A stretch of 63,719 nt of DNA, counting the filler, from Collodictyon triciliatum (taxonomy: Eukaryota), in assembly GCA_043381765.1 (NCBI GenBank). It is 34 parts of 34 records of this genome, joined end to end, with 100 filler letters (N's around TTAATTAATTAA, not from the genome) between each part and the next. Parts side by side here need not be neighbours in the genome. Positions count along the whole stretch, not along the records: positions 62,638 to 63,719 come from JBHJMP010010301.1; 33 more parts are not named here. One strand, 5' to 3'. Under the pieces are notes generated by a model. The model was not told the origin of the DNA and did no database searches. It saw only the letters and a list, made by a program, of their open reading frames with translations. The position numbers were made by a program, and so were the translations under genes. Every line of letters begins with the position of its first letter. Position 1 is the first letter of the stretch. Positions 62,742 to 63,719 of the stretch are shown here, piece by piece.

Positions 62742-63520
62742 TTAATCAGACGGAGAATCCGGGCAGCCGGGTTCAAAAGCTGCCAAGGCCTTTTCTGCAT
62801 AATGGCGGACATACGGGCTCGAATGGCCTGTCAGAGCAGAGAGGACGCTTGTGGCGCCGTCCGTCATCAGGCACATTCTGTTTACATCTTGTGATTGCGT
62901 GACAGAGTTTAGAACCACAACAAGAAAAGGAGAGAAAAGAGAGATACAGATGAAGGATGTAGGGAATGTAAAATATATATGTATATGACGGATTGATGGG
63001 TGTATTGGAGTTTTGATGACGCCTTGGTCTTATGTTTTTGTATCTCATGTTCATATATGCAAGGAGGGATTAGAATTGGCGATTGATATCATATATGAGG
63101 CATATAATCTTGCATATACCACTGTTTTGAGCAAAATAACACAGTAAGCGAGCTGTTCTCCATTGAACTTCGGCCTCTTTGCAGTGCAAGAGCCCCACCA
63201 GTCTAGGAAATCCATTTAAAAGCCTCACCGAGGCAGTATTCTGGTCTAGAGAACCAGAGAATCATTTGAGTAAGGTTTAGACAGGAATAACGGTACAATC
63301 TCGTATTGTAGTTTAAATGAACCTTCTTTCATAATGTTTCTTTCTTTTTCTTTTATTTTTCATACTCGCTTTATGGCGTCAATACTAAAATACTTAACCG
63401 TTCTCGGTGACTGCGTGATGTAAAGCAGAGACTATCCAAACTAAAGTTCCATAGTTTTGTTGATTTTGAGTGGTAAGTTTCAGTAAAGTGGCTATACCTC
63501 CATTCTCCCCAAATTGTTTT
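62742..63520 (-). CDS. Armadillo-repeat protein, 3' exons
   Basis: NGFPRLVGLLHCKEAEVQWRTARLLCYFA and NRMCLMTDGATSVLSALTGHSSPYVRHYAEKAL. TAA at 62742-62744. Confidence 0.75.
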
Positions 63521-63719
63521 TTATTCAATTCTGAATGAAGCAGGAGTCCACAAAGGAAAAAAATGGAAAGAATAAAGTCAGAACCATGCTCGTAAATTAG
63601 CCATTTACTCTCTGATTTTTTTTATTTATTTTTGCGATATATTTGTAACGGATATGAATTGGGTTCTCTCCCTAAACTCTTTTTTTCTTTTTTTTTTTTG
63701 TTTCTTCACTGGGTGACCT

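Overview
This is not contiguous genome. It is 34 short contigs (about 1.8 kb each, ordered by decreasing length) joined by an artificial 100-nt linker (N44-TTAATTAATTAA-N44), so neighbouring contigs carry no linkage information. The DNA comes from an intron-rich, microsatellite-rich eukaryote. A free-living protist, possibly an amoebozoan, is plausible but cannot be established from this window. Recognisable gene pieces: NHL-repeat protein, ZUP1/Mug105-family deubiquitinase, GH3 beta-glucosidase, LPAAT, three membrane nucleotidyl-cyclase fragments, epsin (ENTH), PFDN4, kelch/WD40/attractin-like proteins, two LRR-kinase genes, KHDC4, a P4-ATPase pseudogene, RasGAP, an IPT/TIG protein, SMIM7, ARPC3, an HMG-box protein, an MGAT4-like glycosyltransferase, a TMC/anoctamin-like protein, an ARM-repeat protein and an intron-containing tRNA-Arg(CCT). 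Four observations stand out. (1) An intron-containing queG (epoxyqueuosine reductase, normally a bacterial cobalamin/4Fe-4S enzyme) sits in eukaryotic DNA. (2) An intronless ZUP1-type deubiquitinase ORF overlaps (ATGA) what looks like the C-terminus of a LINE ORF2, a candidate retrotransposon-borne ORF3. (3) Two families of ultra-short (17-45 nt) A-tailed insertions with 11-17 bp target-site duplications occur, two of them regenerating splice acceptors. (4) Many isolated in-frame stops occur in repeats and expanded gene families. All assignments come from reading motifs by eye; no database search was run.
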